Positions 11,652 to 23,518 of a stretch of 52,078 nt of DNA are shown in pieces (positions within the stretch are counted from its first letter, which is position 1; each line of letters begins with the position of its first letter). The position numbers were made by a program, and so were the translations under genes. Source of the stretch: Octopus bimaculoides (Eukaryota). Below the pieces are notes generated by a model. The model was given only the letters and a program-made list of their open reading frames with translations, did no database searches and had not been told where the DNA came from. The stretch spans positions 75,768,418-75,820,495 of the forward strand of contig NC_068984.1 in assembly GCF_001194135.2 (NCBI RefSeq), read 5' to 3'.

Positions 11652-12459
11652 CCGGCATTGTGCATTTCTTTTCTTTTTCTCTCTTTCTTTCCTTTTGCTT
11701 ATTTCCCTTACTATTAATTCATCTCTACATTTCTTGACATATTTTTTTCTTTCCCTAATTAATTCTTTCATTTCTATTTTCATTCTTTCGTTCTGCATCA
11801 CGTCATCCTCTGTTTGTTTGTCTGTTTGTCTGTCTCTGTACCCAAAGTACACCCTCCGGTGTAATTTACTAACATACTTGCTCCTATAAACGCTATTTCG
11901 AATGAAACATCTCCAGTTTTGAGAGGTACTAGTTATATACAAAGAATTAGATTTTAAAAAATGAAGCAGTTGATCTACCGGAAGAGGGAAAAGAGCATAA
12001 ACAAATGTTGGACTGATTGAAAGATTGACTGACTTATTTCTTTGCAATAAGTTGATGTCTAGAATAAATTGTATTGTCATTGGCTATCAATTATAGGGAA
12101 CAGTTTTGTGTACGATTCTTACTCTAACTACATAAGTAACAGCGTCTATCGTTCACCAATAATATAGAGCATATTCTGAAATAAGTGTTCCGATGACTGT
12201 CACACGCGCATCAGAAATATAAATTAATTTCTGTTTATCCTGTTCCTTCTTCTCAAGCTCGAGAAATGTATTAGATTCATTTCCTGTACTAACCAAATGC
12301 ACCGCTAAATATATAAACTGCGCGATGTTAATCTGGTAAATTAACTTTCCATATATGCATATACGTATATATTTATCTATATATGTTTTTTATGATGTGT
12401 ACAAATGAATGTATGTATGTATGGATGGATGGATGGATGGATATATATACGTATAGATG

Positions 12460-12514
12460 CATAGATAGATAGACAGATAGATAGACAGATAGATAGACAG
12501 ATAGATAGACAGAC

Positions 12515-12570
<56 letters not shown>
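12460..12570. repeat. (AGAT/AGAC)n microsatellite
   Basis: Directly visible. Confidence 0.95.
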
Positions 12571-12571
<1 letters not shown>

Positions 12572-13179
12572 CGCGTGTACACACATATGTACTAGTCGAG
12601 TACTAAATCGATATAATGTTTTGTTTCCCCCAAAACGATCAGAAGCGACCACTCCTTGATCGATATAGATAGTCACCGAAATCACATACAAACGAATCAA
12701 TTTTCCTCTTAAGCGCATGGATAAGTAAACTTTGTATTAAAGTTATTTGGAGTCTATTCGAACTCCCTTTCGTTTGCCCAGGACAGATACAGAAGTAAGC
12801 TAACATCAATATCGCTTATACCGATCATTCCTCTCGGAAATTAAAATGCAATCCATGCACTTCTTTGAGTGCGTTTGTAGTATTCACCAACAAATTTACA
12901 ATGCTATTACCATTTTCCTTCTTATGATTATTATTAAGATTTGCGTTCCTCTAAATATACGATGTACGAACCTCATTGGTAAATTTCAATATAACTAAAA
13001 TCTTCCCGTCAGGTAATCAAGTCTCAAATATATTTCTTCATGCAACAATTTGTTAATTTTCTACGAAATTCATTGAGTATTTTGATTCAGCCATTCTTTC
13101 TTTCTTTTCTTTTTTTCTGTCAAATCCAAAAAGTCTGATTTTTAATTTAAAGTATCACTATATATATATATATATATAT

Positions 13180-13480
13180 TATTGTTGTATTTGGGGATGG
13201 TAATGTTGCCAGTTTAGCCAATAAAAACACACGCACTATATATTTGGTGTTAATTTGCTTCAGCTTTATTTTACATTAATCGTATTTCGGCCAGAGTTCT
13301 TTCGTCACACTTCTGTGACCTCATCAGTGGGCCTTTGCTTTCTTCTTTCCTATTTGTGTGTCTTTCCTTACTAACGATCAGCCATTTTGTATTCCTACTG
13401 TATGCTTCTTTATTTGCGCATGCGTATCCCCCTATGTGTGTCTATGTTTAGTAAGTGCGTGTGTGTGTATGGGGAGTGCC
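13180..13480 (-). mobile_element. Penelope-like element terminal-repeat (pLTR) remnant
   Basis: Contains a minimal hammerhead (13289-13333) followed on the minus strand by GGCCGAAATACG...AAATAAAG, the HHR-then-polyA-signal layout typical of Penelope-like termini. Boundaries approximate. Confidence 0.55.
13289..13333 (-). ncRNA. Minimal type I hammerhead ribozyme motif
   Basis: Minus: GGCCCA-CUGAUGA-G-GUCACA(GAAG)UGUGAC-GAAA-G(AA)C-UC-UGGCC. Core CUGAUGA/GAAA/UC is intact; stem II is 6 bp with one bulged G; stem III is 2 bp; stem I is 5 bp with a bulge. Predicted cut between 13294 and 13293. Confidence 0.7.
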
Positions 13481-13568
13481 TGTATTATCTGTATCCCCTA
13501 TTTATACACGTTTGATTAATTTCTTTTATGCACACACACTCACACACACAGACGATAGCAGTAATATC

Positions 13569-13780
13569 CTTTCTATTGGAAGCACGAGCCTCAAATTTGG
13601 AGGAGGGGATTAAGTTGACTACATCGACCCCAGTGCGTAACTGGTACTTATTTAATCGACCCAGAAAGGATGAAAGGTAAAGTCGACCTCGGGGAAACTT
13701 GAACTCAGAACGTTGCGGCAGATGATATACCGCTAAACATTTCGCGCGGCATGCTAACGATTCTGCCAGCTCACCGCCCT
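13569..13780 (-). mobile_element. tRNA-derived SINE, family B, full length, with 18-bp TSD
   Basis: Minus head GGGCGGTGAGCTGGCAGAATCGTTAGC...GTTCTGAGTTCAAG. Flanks GACGATAGCAGTAATATC (13551-13568) and GACGTTAGCAGTAATATC (13781-13798), 1 mismatch. Confidence 0.9.
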
Positions 13781-14354
13781 GACGTTAGCAGTAATATCAA
13801 CACCACTCTTAACATCAACATCTTTCTTAATATCAAAATCGGCGAAAGCACATCCTTAACACACCGGCTACTGCATTCCTATCATTGGCACTCTTCTTCA
13901 AAGCCTGAAAATTTTGGCGCCTCCAGCAATGGCTGACACTCATCGAGACCGACAATAGAGTGTTGCTACCACATCTAGGAGGGTGTTACTACTACGCATG
14001 CAGATATTCTGGGCAGCAGCCAAAGAAGGTCTGCTTGACTGATTGACATTAAATCATTCAAAGTCTTTAGTCTTTGGTTCACTGGTGTTCTGTTTCCTTT
14101 TTCCATTTTTTCTATCTCTACTAAAATGTCCCCGGTTCTACAGGGTATTTCTATCGTTGGCCTCCTCACTCCCCCGCTCAGACAACCCTGATCAGCTCGT
14201 TCCTTCACCTTTCATTACCCTTGTTGTGTTCAACCCCTCCCGCCTGGCACTGTTCCTATGCTCAGTCCTTTCTCCCTAGAACATCATTCCTCTGGGATCT
14301 TCTCTCTGCTTAGGTCATTCCTGCAGATGTTGATCGCGTGTGCGTGTGTGCGAG

Positions 14355-14578
14355 TGCATGAGTGTCTATTTGTGCCACCAACACCGGTTGTCAAGCGCTG
14401 GTGGTGTGTTTACGTCCCTGTAACTTAGTGGTTCGGCAAAAAGAGATCGATAAAATAAGTACCAGGTTTGAAATCCCCAAGTACTGGGATCGATTCGTTC
14501 GACTAAGATTCTTCAAAGCGGTGCCCCTGTACGACCTCAGTCTAATTACCGAAAAAAAGTAAAAGATAAAAGATAGAG
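14355..14578 (+). mobile_element. SINE family C, 3' half
   Basis: GGTGTGTTTACGTCCCTGTAACTTAGTGGTTCGGCAAAAAGAGATCGATAAAATAAGTACC...AAGTAAAAGATAAAAGA matches the 3' half of 7013-7375 and 50749-51200. Confidence 0.8.
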
Positions 14579-15009
14579 CGAGAGAGAGAGAGGTATAGTT
14601 ATATCCTATTTTAGTGTGCAAAAGGGAACGAAATAGTAAATAATAAACGAGAGCAAATCAAAGTAGAAAAATAAAAAGTACGCAAAAAAATCAAAAAAGG
14701 TTGTAAATAAATTACAAAAGCATTGAAACTATGGAGCCGGAAAATCATAACAGTGTATAAATTGTATACTACCATTTGTATAGAATCCAATACGATATGT
14801 ATCAAAAGTATATTTATTATAATATGGTTGATAAATATGACTACTACTCCATGACTAAGCTTCATGCGAAATTGTGCATTCATCGGATATATCCGACGAA
14901 AATGTCACTCAAATTACTGCCATCCATCTCATGAATGCTATTTTCAGTATAAAACTTAAGGTTAGTAGTCACATTATTATACAAAATCATAAGCGTATGT
15001 TTATGCAAA

Positions 15010-15078
15010 TGCATACACACACACACACGCATTCATATATATGTATGTATGTGTATATATATGTGTGTGGGTGTGTGT

Positions 15079-15116
<38 letters not shown>

Positions 15117-15442
15117 ATATTTTCATTAAAAAAGTGTATATTTCTTTGCTATTTTTACATCTCTATCAGCTCACTCTCTCTCTCTTTCTTTCTGTCTCTC
15201 TTTTTCTCTCTCTCTCTCTCTATCCTTTTTTCACTTTATCTCTCTCTCTCTTTCTTCTCTATCTCTCTCTTCTCTGTTTGCCTCTTGATATATATCTTTG
15301 GCTCCAAAAGTTAATAGTTATTTATTGCCCGTAGATTTCTTTGACATCATTGATATCACATTTATTGTTCCTGTTTATTGCTCTGAAATGTTTGATGTCA
15401 ACTTTACGCTTGTATTATATTTCTCTGAACTTATTTGCAAAT

Positions 15443-15482
<40 letters not shown>

Positions 15483-15588
15483 GTACATATATATGTGTGT
15501 GTGTGTGTGTATACATACATATATATATATACATATATATATGCATATATATACATACATATATATATAGGGTTGTGTACATATATAC

Positions 15589-15633
<45 letters not shown>

Positions 15634-15690
15634 AATACATAAATATATATATATATGTACATGTATTTATGTGTGTAGATATGTATATGT
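15010..15690. repeat. Compound (CA)n/(TG)n/(CT)n/(TA)n low-complexity block
   Basis: Directly visible. Confidence 0.9.
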
Positions 15691-16129
15691 AAGTCTGTTT
15701 CTGTTTTCTGTTAGCGTTTTAGCTTTGTGCTCTCAATTATTTTTCGTTCTCCTCTTTAAGACTCATTAAATGTGAAATCCCACATGTATACATACAGTTC
15801 AGGCTGAAAACTGACACAAAACTATCGTATAAATTGTTTCTAATAATAACAACGATTTCTAACGCTGGCACAAGGCTCCAGTTATTTGTGACAGGTGTTG
15901 AGTAAACGAAATCGACTCGACTTCAGCATTTAACTGTTACATTATTTTATAGGTCATGGGACGGTGAATTGCAAAATGAACTCCAATGGGATCAGGACTC
16001 AGAACGTGAAGATATGTACTTAAGCACTGCGAGTTATCTTGCTCATCGAATTAGATATCGTAAAACATCCAGTCCGGCACCCTGCCGTTTCTGTAACCGA
16101 CCGCCCTATTTTCGCTTTATTATTATTTT

Positions 16130-16512
16130 ACCCGTCATACTTTCGTGGTCGGTAAAATAAATAACAGTTGAGTACTAAGGTCGATGCAATCGACTTAGCA
16201 CCTCCCCACCGGTACCCACTTTCACAGCTTGTGCCTATAGTAGAAAGATTTCTGTCTTCTTCCCCTGTTTACACGAACGTTTTTCTACTTTTTCGGACAA
16301 AACCTTTTGTAACCTTCGTCCTGTCTTTGTCCTTACATGTTTTTGATTGATATTAGCCCTTGTGGCCAATAAAACGAATTAATTATTATTAGTGTTGTTG
16401 TTGTTGTTGTTGTTGTTAAAATTCCGCCGAGGTCAACTTTGCCTTTCATCCTTTCGGGGTCGGTAAAATAAGTACCAGTCAAGCATTGAGGCCGATGTAA
16501 TCGACTTACCCC
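16130..16512 (+). mobile_element. Two truncated SINE family B copies (~16130-16250 and 16418-16512)
   Basis: AAATTCCGCCGAGGTCAACTTTGCCTTTCATCCTTTCGGGGTCGGTAAAATAAGTACCAG matches the family B body. Confidence 0.75.
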
Positions 16513-16539
16513 ATTATTATTTTCTCTTTATCACAGGTT

Positions 16540-16768
16540 TTGTTGGAGCTCCTGAAGTCTTTGAGCTTGTGGAAGGATCGAGTTGTGTTCAAAGAAAGTA
16601 TATATTCTTTCAGTTAGTATGGATGTGAGGATCTTGTAGGTGGTGTTGAGACATGTAATTGGTCGGTTGTTCTTTGTATTTTTCGTGTCTTCAGTTTTTG
16701 GTTGAAGGTATGTTGTTCCTTCGGTTAACCAGGCAGGTATTTGCTCTGGGTTCCAGATGACATCAGCT
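16540..16768 (-). mobile_element. Dong/R4-type LINE reverse-transcriptase N-terminal fragment
   Basis: Minus translation ADVIWNPEQIPAWLTEGTTYLQPKTEDTKNTKNNRPITCLNTTYKILTSILTERIYTFFEHNSILP has the PxWL.EG.T.L.PK...NYRPITCL...YK motif. It begins exactly at an (AAT)n tract. Confidence 0.8.
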
Positions 16769-16783
16769 ATTATTATTATTATT

Positions 16784-17336
16784 GAGTGAGAGAGTAATGC
16801 ATGCCATCAAAGTGACACTGGGGTAAAATATACGAAGCCCAATACACCCATCATGACGTCCCATCTGATAAGGGTACACCAGGCACATGCATCACAACCA
16901 TATATGTACGACATGGTGATTTCATATCAAGATCAACAACGCATAACCTTGCAGGTGGGGCCCAGTTAGAATTTTCTTCGGGTCGAATAGCCCGTCCCAC
17001 TCAAAAGGTTCTCGATTAAGAGTTTGTTTAAGGATGTTGAACGAAACACCCATGTTTCCAGAGGTGAATTATCCAAACCCCATAGAATTCCTCTCAACAC
17101 ATGGCTATGATGCTCCTCCACTACTCCTGCTTGTGATAAGAGATACACATATCGTCAGCCACCAAGGGACATGCTCAACTGGTTACGGTCAAACAACTGA
17201 CAAGCAAATCTGTGGTATTGAGCAGAATATTTGCTGTAGCTCATCTTTTATACCAAGACAAAACAATGATAACACTTTCAATCAGTTAAGATGAGAAACC
17301 ATGAAAGCCACTGCCTGGTACTGCATCAAGGCATTT
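16784..17336 (-). mobile_element. ~550-bp non-coding interspersed repeat with (AAT)n tail and no tRNA-like head
   Basis: Minus strand ends ...GATGGCATGCATTACTCTCTCACTC(AAT)n. A second, internally deleted copy follows at 17370-17703. No meaningful ORF. Confidence 0.7.
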
Positions 17337-17369
17337 ATTATTATCATCATTATTGTTGTTGTTGTTGTT

Positions 17370-17703
17370 GAATGAGAGAGCAGTACATGCCATCGAAGTG
17401 CACCTTGTAGATGAGACCCAGTTAGAATTTTCTTCAGATTGAGTATCCTATCTCGCTCAAAAGGTCCCTGAATAAATGTTGTTTGAGGATTATGAACGAA
17501 ACAGCCATGTTTCCAGAAATGAATTATACAAACTCCAAAGGATTCCTTTCAACACGTCTGTCATGTTTCTCAACTACTCCTACTCGTGATCAGAGATGCA
17601 CATATCATCGGCCACTAAAGGACATGCTCAACTGATTATATTCAAGCAACTGACAAGCAAATCTGCAGTATTGAAAACAATGTTTGCTGTAGCCCATCTT
17701 TTA
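17370..17703 (-). mobile_element. Second, deleted and truncated copy of the ~550-bp (AAT)n-tailed repeat
   Basis: Aligns by eye to 16784-16812 and then to ~16945-17250 (CCCAGTTAGAATTTTCTTC...GCAAATCTG...TTTGCTGTAGC). Confidence 0.7.
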
Positions 17704-17718
17704 CATCAATTATCATCG

Positions 17719-17984
<266 letters not shown>

Positions 17985-19129
17985 TCTTATAAAGATGAAG
18001 AACTGATAGAATCGTCAGATCATCGGACAAAAATGTTGTCGTTGCTACGAATGACTAACGCCGAAATAGTTCGAAGCTTATTGTTCTTGGACTGTGTCTG
18101 ATAATAGTCGCTGTCGTGAATTTCTTGATGTTAGCTAACCATTGTGTGTTGCTGTCTCAGTCATTCATTGTTTTTCTGTTGTGACAGCACCCTGGCCTGC
18201 TGCTGGCTCTGCTACTCTCTGTTGACTGTCGTGTGCTGTATCCGCTGTCATTTGCCGCTTGCCGTCTTCTGTTTGCCAATAGTGACTAAAATGCACTAAA
18301 TATATAGGGATGAAATTAGTCAGAGAAAGCACGTTGACGATGAAATTGTTAAATCCGGTTCCACACGATGTCTTGAATGGTCAGATTTTTTTATGACGTT
18401 GATATTCTTGACTTGTTTTCTTTTCTTTTTTCTTTTTTGCATTGGATATAGTGATCCGGTTTCGATTTCTAAGTTTTGCAATTGTTAAATATTCCTGCTA
18501 CATGTTTATGTGTGCGTGTGTGATAGTGTGTTTAACAACAACTATAAAAATTAAGAATAACACAAAATATTTCAAGCTTTTGACAAGGGAGTTGATTAAA
18601 GGCACGACTCCAGAAAGGAATGATAAATTTCTTCCCTAGTTGCCAAAAAATTACATTAAATGCAAAATGACGAAAGTGATTATAATGTTATAAATTCAAA
18701 TGGTGTCAAAATAGTGTGTCTGCTTCTCTTTATTTTTTATTTCTTATATATTATCCAAATTCCAGAAGCATATTATTCATCAGGATATTTTGAACATATA
18801 GTTTACCAAACATACATATTCAAATGCCCTTATAGTGCACAGATGGCTTTCCCTGTCAACTGACTTTCGCGCTGATTTGGTTTTGTTTTTTTTTCCACCC
18901 ACTTTCTAAGATCATAGTGGGCTGTAGTGGCAGACGAAAAAGCAAGTATATAGAAGTAATAGAAAGAGCGGAAGTTACATAATTGTTTACTATATTAAAT
19001 TGATAGTGTAGGGAGGTTGGTTAGGTGTTTATTAAGGACGAGATTAGTTTTCAAAACTATATAGTTTAACTAACGGATTCATATCCAACAAAAGCAACAC
19101 CAAAGAGAGTATCGTGAGCAGGCCCACAA

Positions 19130-19296
19130 GTGGTGGTGGTGGTGGTGGTGGTGGTGGTGGTCCTGGTGGTGGTTGTGGTNNNNNNNNNNNNNNNNNNNNN
19201 NNNNNNNNNNNNNNNNNNNNNNNNNNNNNNNNNNNNNNNNNNNNNNNNNNNNNNNNNNNNNNNNNNNNNNNNNNNNNNNNNGTGGTGGTGGTGGTG

Positions 19297-19370
<74 letters not shown>
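19130..19370. repeat. (GGT)n/(AGT)n microsatellite spanning an assembly gap
   Basis: Directly visible. Confidence 0.9.
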
Positions 19371-20149
19371 TCTGTATCAGCTGCAAGGGTCATAAACATA
19401 CAATACAATGAAATGTTAAACAGGAATCATACGAAGACGTGTGGGATGGGACACCAAATCATAAAGAAAGATGTTATGCAAGTCAAAACGGGACAACTTA
19501 AAATTTTAAAATAAATATACAGATAATAAATGGAATAAGTAAAAATAAAATACTTAAAAGAATAGTTAAAGCGGTGTATAATTTGAATAAAAGATAATGG
19601 AAAAAAACACATGGGAAACATTTAGAGTTCCTGCCAACACACGGGTGAGAAACTATAGCTATGTCGGGTTAGAACATTTCACTTCTCTGGCCACCCACTT
19701 GCCAACGTTCATACTGAAAGGTTGCCATTCACATTTTCTGTGTGCGTTGAGATAAGAAACAATCTATAACGTCCTCAACATATTCCTGCCTCAGCTGATG
19801 GTAATGAAGCTCTATTGTTTTTATTTAGAGCCTATGTTTTGACTGTCTCTTATATTCCAGCTTTATTTGTTCGTCGGGGATTAACTCATCCAGGCAACAC
19901 CCACAACAAAGCATGCTTGTTTATTATGTCTATGAGATGCTGGTTTGAGTCTCCAAGGACGATGAATTTCAGTTCTTTGTATTTGTCGTCGTATTATTGT
20001 TGCTGAGAAGAGATGGGGAGGGCTCTTTTTCACCATTTTTTTTTCGAATTTTTCTTTTAGGCCAGTATGTTCTTTTTTTTCCTCTCTTTCTCCTTCTTTT
20101 TCTTTGATGGTGTGGGAATATTGTTTTGGTCTTTTGGTTTGTTTTTTTC

Positions 20150-20900
20150 GCTACCATCCATCACCTTCTTTCTCGTCATAAGATGATAGAATGATGCCGT
20201 TGCAGTTAGTTCTCGTAAGGAGACGGCGCATTTGGTTGTTGGTTTTCAAAACTTGGTATGAGTTGACTGCTTGCACTATTTCCGGAACTGAGACTCGTGA
20301 CTTTGTTGGGACTGGGGTTTGCTGCCGTTTCTGTTACTGTAAGCACAACTCCCCCATCTCACCTTTGGATTCTTGGTCAGCTTTAGGTTCTGAGGATAGA
20401 ATGTTCTTGGCCGAGAGTATTTTAAGATCAGCAAACGTTTCTGAGAATGTTGTTGATGATTCTGTTGCTGTTCTTTTTTTATTTTGATTTTGCTTCTTCT
20501 GTATGCCGGAAGCTCTCGATTTTAGTTACCACACATGTGACGGCTAGGATTCCTCTCCTTCACTAGCAATCTCATTACTTTTCGTTTCACACCTTCGATT
20601 GATAACAATTCTAATATGATCTTGTGGTTTTCAGGAGACATATCCACTGAGACTTCTTCTCAGGACCAATGTCAGTCTTTCTGACCTCAGCACTCGCCAC
20701 CTATCCATACTGTTCCTCAAAGTGTTTCCTCACACTAAGTGCGGTATAACAAGTGGATGGGCAGGCATGTATCGAACTTGTTCGGTCTGTCTTCGTACGT
20801 CATTCTCACTGTTGAAAACACACATATAGTTCCTTGCGGTTTATGTCGGCCAACTGATTTATCGCTGTTCAAAGAATCAGCTAGAACTACCTTTTGTAGG
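20150..20900 (-). pseudogene. Decayed LINE ORF1-like (RRM plus CCHC knuckle) remnant
   Basis: Minus translation with stops: VRKHFEEQYG*VASAEVRKTDIG...RLLVKERNPSRHMCGN*, resembling F..FG.V.S and V.GR.P.C..CG..H patterns of L1/Tx1-type ORF1, followed by a K/T/S-rich region. Heavily degraded. Confidence 0.4.
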
Positions 20901-21554
20901 TAGAAGAAAGTTCCTGTCTCGCCAGAGATTTTTTTTTATCTTATTTTATTTCATTTATTTATTTATTTGTTTGTTGCTTCTTTCTCATTCCTTGATAAAA
21001 CGACCAAGAAGAATAGCATTTTTCATTGATATTCAAGATTGCCAAAAGCCTTTCCGTTCTGCAAGTTCGTTCATGTTTACTCTTTTTGTTATCAGTGACA
21101 TTACAGAACGAGATATTCGTGTTTAGATCCGATATAGTATGTGTGTTTGTGTGTGTGTGTCTGTGTGTGTACACGCACGTTCTTTTGTTCCATTGTCTAT
21201 ATTTTCAATTGTGTATACCGTGTGAGAAAGAAACAGTTTTCCATTTATTTTGTCATCTTTTTCAGTATTTTTTTCATTTTCTTTAGGTCGAGGTATATCT
21301 TTTTGTTGTTATTGTTATTATAGACGCAATTATTTACAAATGTTCGAAGAGAAAAACAAAATATTAAAACATGCACCTTCCTCCCTTTCATTTTAGAGAA
21401 AATAAACTTCAAACTTGCTCAAGATATCCTGCTTTGTATAATCTTACAAAAAGGTTTTCTTTTTTTCATTCACTTTGTGTCATGATAAGATATCCAAACT
21501 CTCCATGTTATCAGAAACCACCAAGAAAGACGTCTTGACAGGTGGAAAATAATA

Positions 21555-21690
21555 ATAATGGTTTCAAATTTTGGCACAAACTGAGAAGCTTTGGTAAGTC
21601 GATTGATTCGACCCTAGCGCTCAACTGGTACTTATTTTACCTATCCTAAAAGTATGAAAAGCAAAGCTGACCTCGGTGAAATTTGAACAC
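21555..21690 (-). mobile_element. SINE family B, 3' part
   Basis: GGTTTCAAATTTTGGCACAA...CAACTGGTACTTATTTTA...GCAAAGCTGACCTCGGTGAAATTTGAAC is the reverse complement of the family B body. Confidence 0.8.
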
Positions 21691-21889
21691 TTGTTTCCTC
21701 CATTTATGTCTTGTGACATGGCTAGCAGTTGCTGGATTACGACTGGGCTCAGCCTACTGCACAGTGGGGCACCTGCCGGGTGCAGCACCTTCACCACTGG
21801 TTCCAGTCCCGTTCACACTGTTATTGCCATCTATTTTGCTTGACATTTCCACTCACAAATGAGCTACTGCAGCGGCCAACCTGTAAATT
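21691..21889 (-). mobile_element. Probable Dong/R4-type ORF 5' start fragment
   Basis: Minus translation MSSKIDGNNSVNGTGTSGEGAAPGRCPTVQ*AEPSRNPATASHVTRHKWRKQ; RxKW is typical just before the Myb-like domain of R4/Dong ORFs. The first 96 bp match 22609-22704 in inverted orientation. Confidence 0.45.
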
Positions 21890-21894
21890 GGGCT

Positions 21895-22080
21895 CAAACC
21901 CAGCAGTTTTGGTAAGTCGACTGGATCGACCCTAGCGCTCAACTGGTACTTATTTTATCTATCCTGAAAGTATGAAAAGCAAAGCTGCCCTCGGCGGAAT
22001 TTGAGCTCAAAACCTAACGAGGGACGAAATGCAGCTAAGCAGTCAGTCCGACGTGCTAGCGATTCTACCAACTCGCCATT
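21895..22080 (-). mobile_element. SINE family B including head
   Basis: Body as in 21591-21690, plus head ...GCTAGCGATTCTACCAACTCGCC (reverse complement of GGCGAGCTGGCAGAA). Confidence 0.8.
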
Positions 22081-22088
22081 AGAAAAAT

Positions 22089-22092
22089 AGTA

Positions 22093-22160
<68 letters not shown>
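22089..22160. repeat. (AAT)n microsatellite
   Basis: Directly visible. Confidence 0.95.
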
Positions 22161-22161
<1 letters not shown>

Positions 22162-22380
22162 GATTAACTTAAAACGCTTCTCCTTCCTTCTTGCTTAAAG
22201 CTTAAATTCCTAAAAACTTACACTTTTATTCATTCGTAGTCATATATGAAAGTTAGCTATCTGAAACACGCTGATTGCTACGATGCTGAAGCTATTGTTG
22301 AAAGTACATGTATTTCCTCTCTCTCTCCCTCTGTCTTTTTACCACCACACTCTTTATGTCTTTCTATCTGTCTGTCTGTC

Positions 22381-22459
<79 letters not shown>

Positions 22460-22811
22460 TATCACTTTCTTCACTACTTTCGAAGATTACTTGTTGACAT
22501 CGTAAGTCTTCAGCCGAAATCACACTTTCACATCCCAATTCAAACAGTAAGCTAGTTTTTCGTTAGATTCAGATTAACGCTTCTCCTTCTTTCTTTGGTT
22601 AAATCTTAAATTTACAGGTGGGCCGCTGCAGTGGCTCATTTGTGAGTGAAAATGTCAAGCAAAATTGATGACGATAACAGTGTGAGCGGGACTGGAACCA
22701 GTGGAACAACTATCACAAGTGTCACCTTAATCTGCTGGCTGAGGACAGATGACACTTTCCATCATACCCAGCAAAATAAGCTGTGAGTTTTCATATAATA
22801 ATAATGATAAT

Positions 22812-23025
22812 AGTTTCAAATTTTGCCACAAGGGTAGCAATTTTAGGGGAAGGGATGTGTCGATTACATCGATCCCAGTGTTCAACTGGTATTTATTTTT
22901 TCGATCCCGAAAGGATGAAAGGCAAAGTCGACCTTAGCGGAATTTGAACTCAGAGCGTAAAGTCGGACGAAATACTGCTAAGTATTCTATCCGGCGTACT
23001 AATGATTCTGTCAGCTCAGCGCCTT
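22812..23025 (-). mobile_element. SINE family B, full length
   Basis: Minus head AAGGCGCTGAGCTGACAGAATCATTAG...GCTCTGAGTTCAAATTCCGC, body ATCCTTTCGGGATCG, tail TTGTGGCAAAATTTGAAAC. Confidence 0.85.
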
Positions 23026-23041
23026 AATAATAATAATAATA

Positions 23042-23101
<60 letters not shown>

Positions 23102-23103
23102 GA

Positions 23104-23373
23104 TTGATTGACATGAGCATCCCTGTGACCATGACATCTCGACAAAAGGATTTGATAAGCCCAGAAAATATAAAGATTTACTAATCGAAATCAAAAAGAT
23201 ACGGCATCTCAAGACGGTTACAATACTAGTGATTGTAGGATCACTTAGAATGATCAAAAAAAGAATTGAAAAAGTATTTAAGAATGATCCATGGCTTACC
23301 ATCTATGCAGGAAGTACAGAAGATTGTCTTAACTGGTACGTCACACGTACTGGGAAGAGCATTGTCGTTTTAA
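23104..23373 (+). mobile_element. Dong/R4-type LINE 3' end encoding the C-terminal restriction-like endonuclease region
   Basis: Frameshifted translation IDMSIPCD.DISTKGFDKPRKYKDLLIEIKKIRHLKTVTILVIVGSLRMIKK...HGLPSMQEVQKIVLTGTSHVLGRALSF* matches ID...P.D....E.EK..KY.DL..E...W......PV.VGALG...QK..L.GT.H.L. Confidence 0.85.
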
Positions 23374-23518
23374 ATTTTCTTTCCCTGTTTGCCTTTCATT
23401 TTCTTACAATTGAATTGAATTAAATTGAACTAGTTTCAGCTCACGCGCTGTGGCCATGCTGGGGCACCGTCATTTTGTGTTACTACCTAATTTTTACTTC
23501 ACTAATTCTTTTTAGAAC

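Noticed and set aside
16670-16695. CUGAAGA...GAAA hammerhead-like match on the minus strand
   Set aside because: Only 3 nt lie between the core words (no stem II), and it is inside R4 RT coding sequence.
18030-18400. Minus-strand ORF-like stretch (MTADTAHDSQQRVAEPAAGQGAV...) as another R4 5' end
   Set aside because: Stops within 30 codons and no clear conserved motif; could be a decayed repeat but is not assignable.
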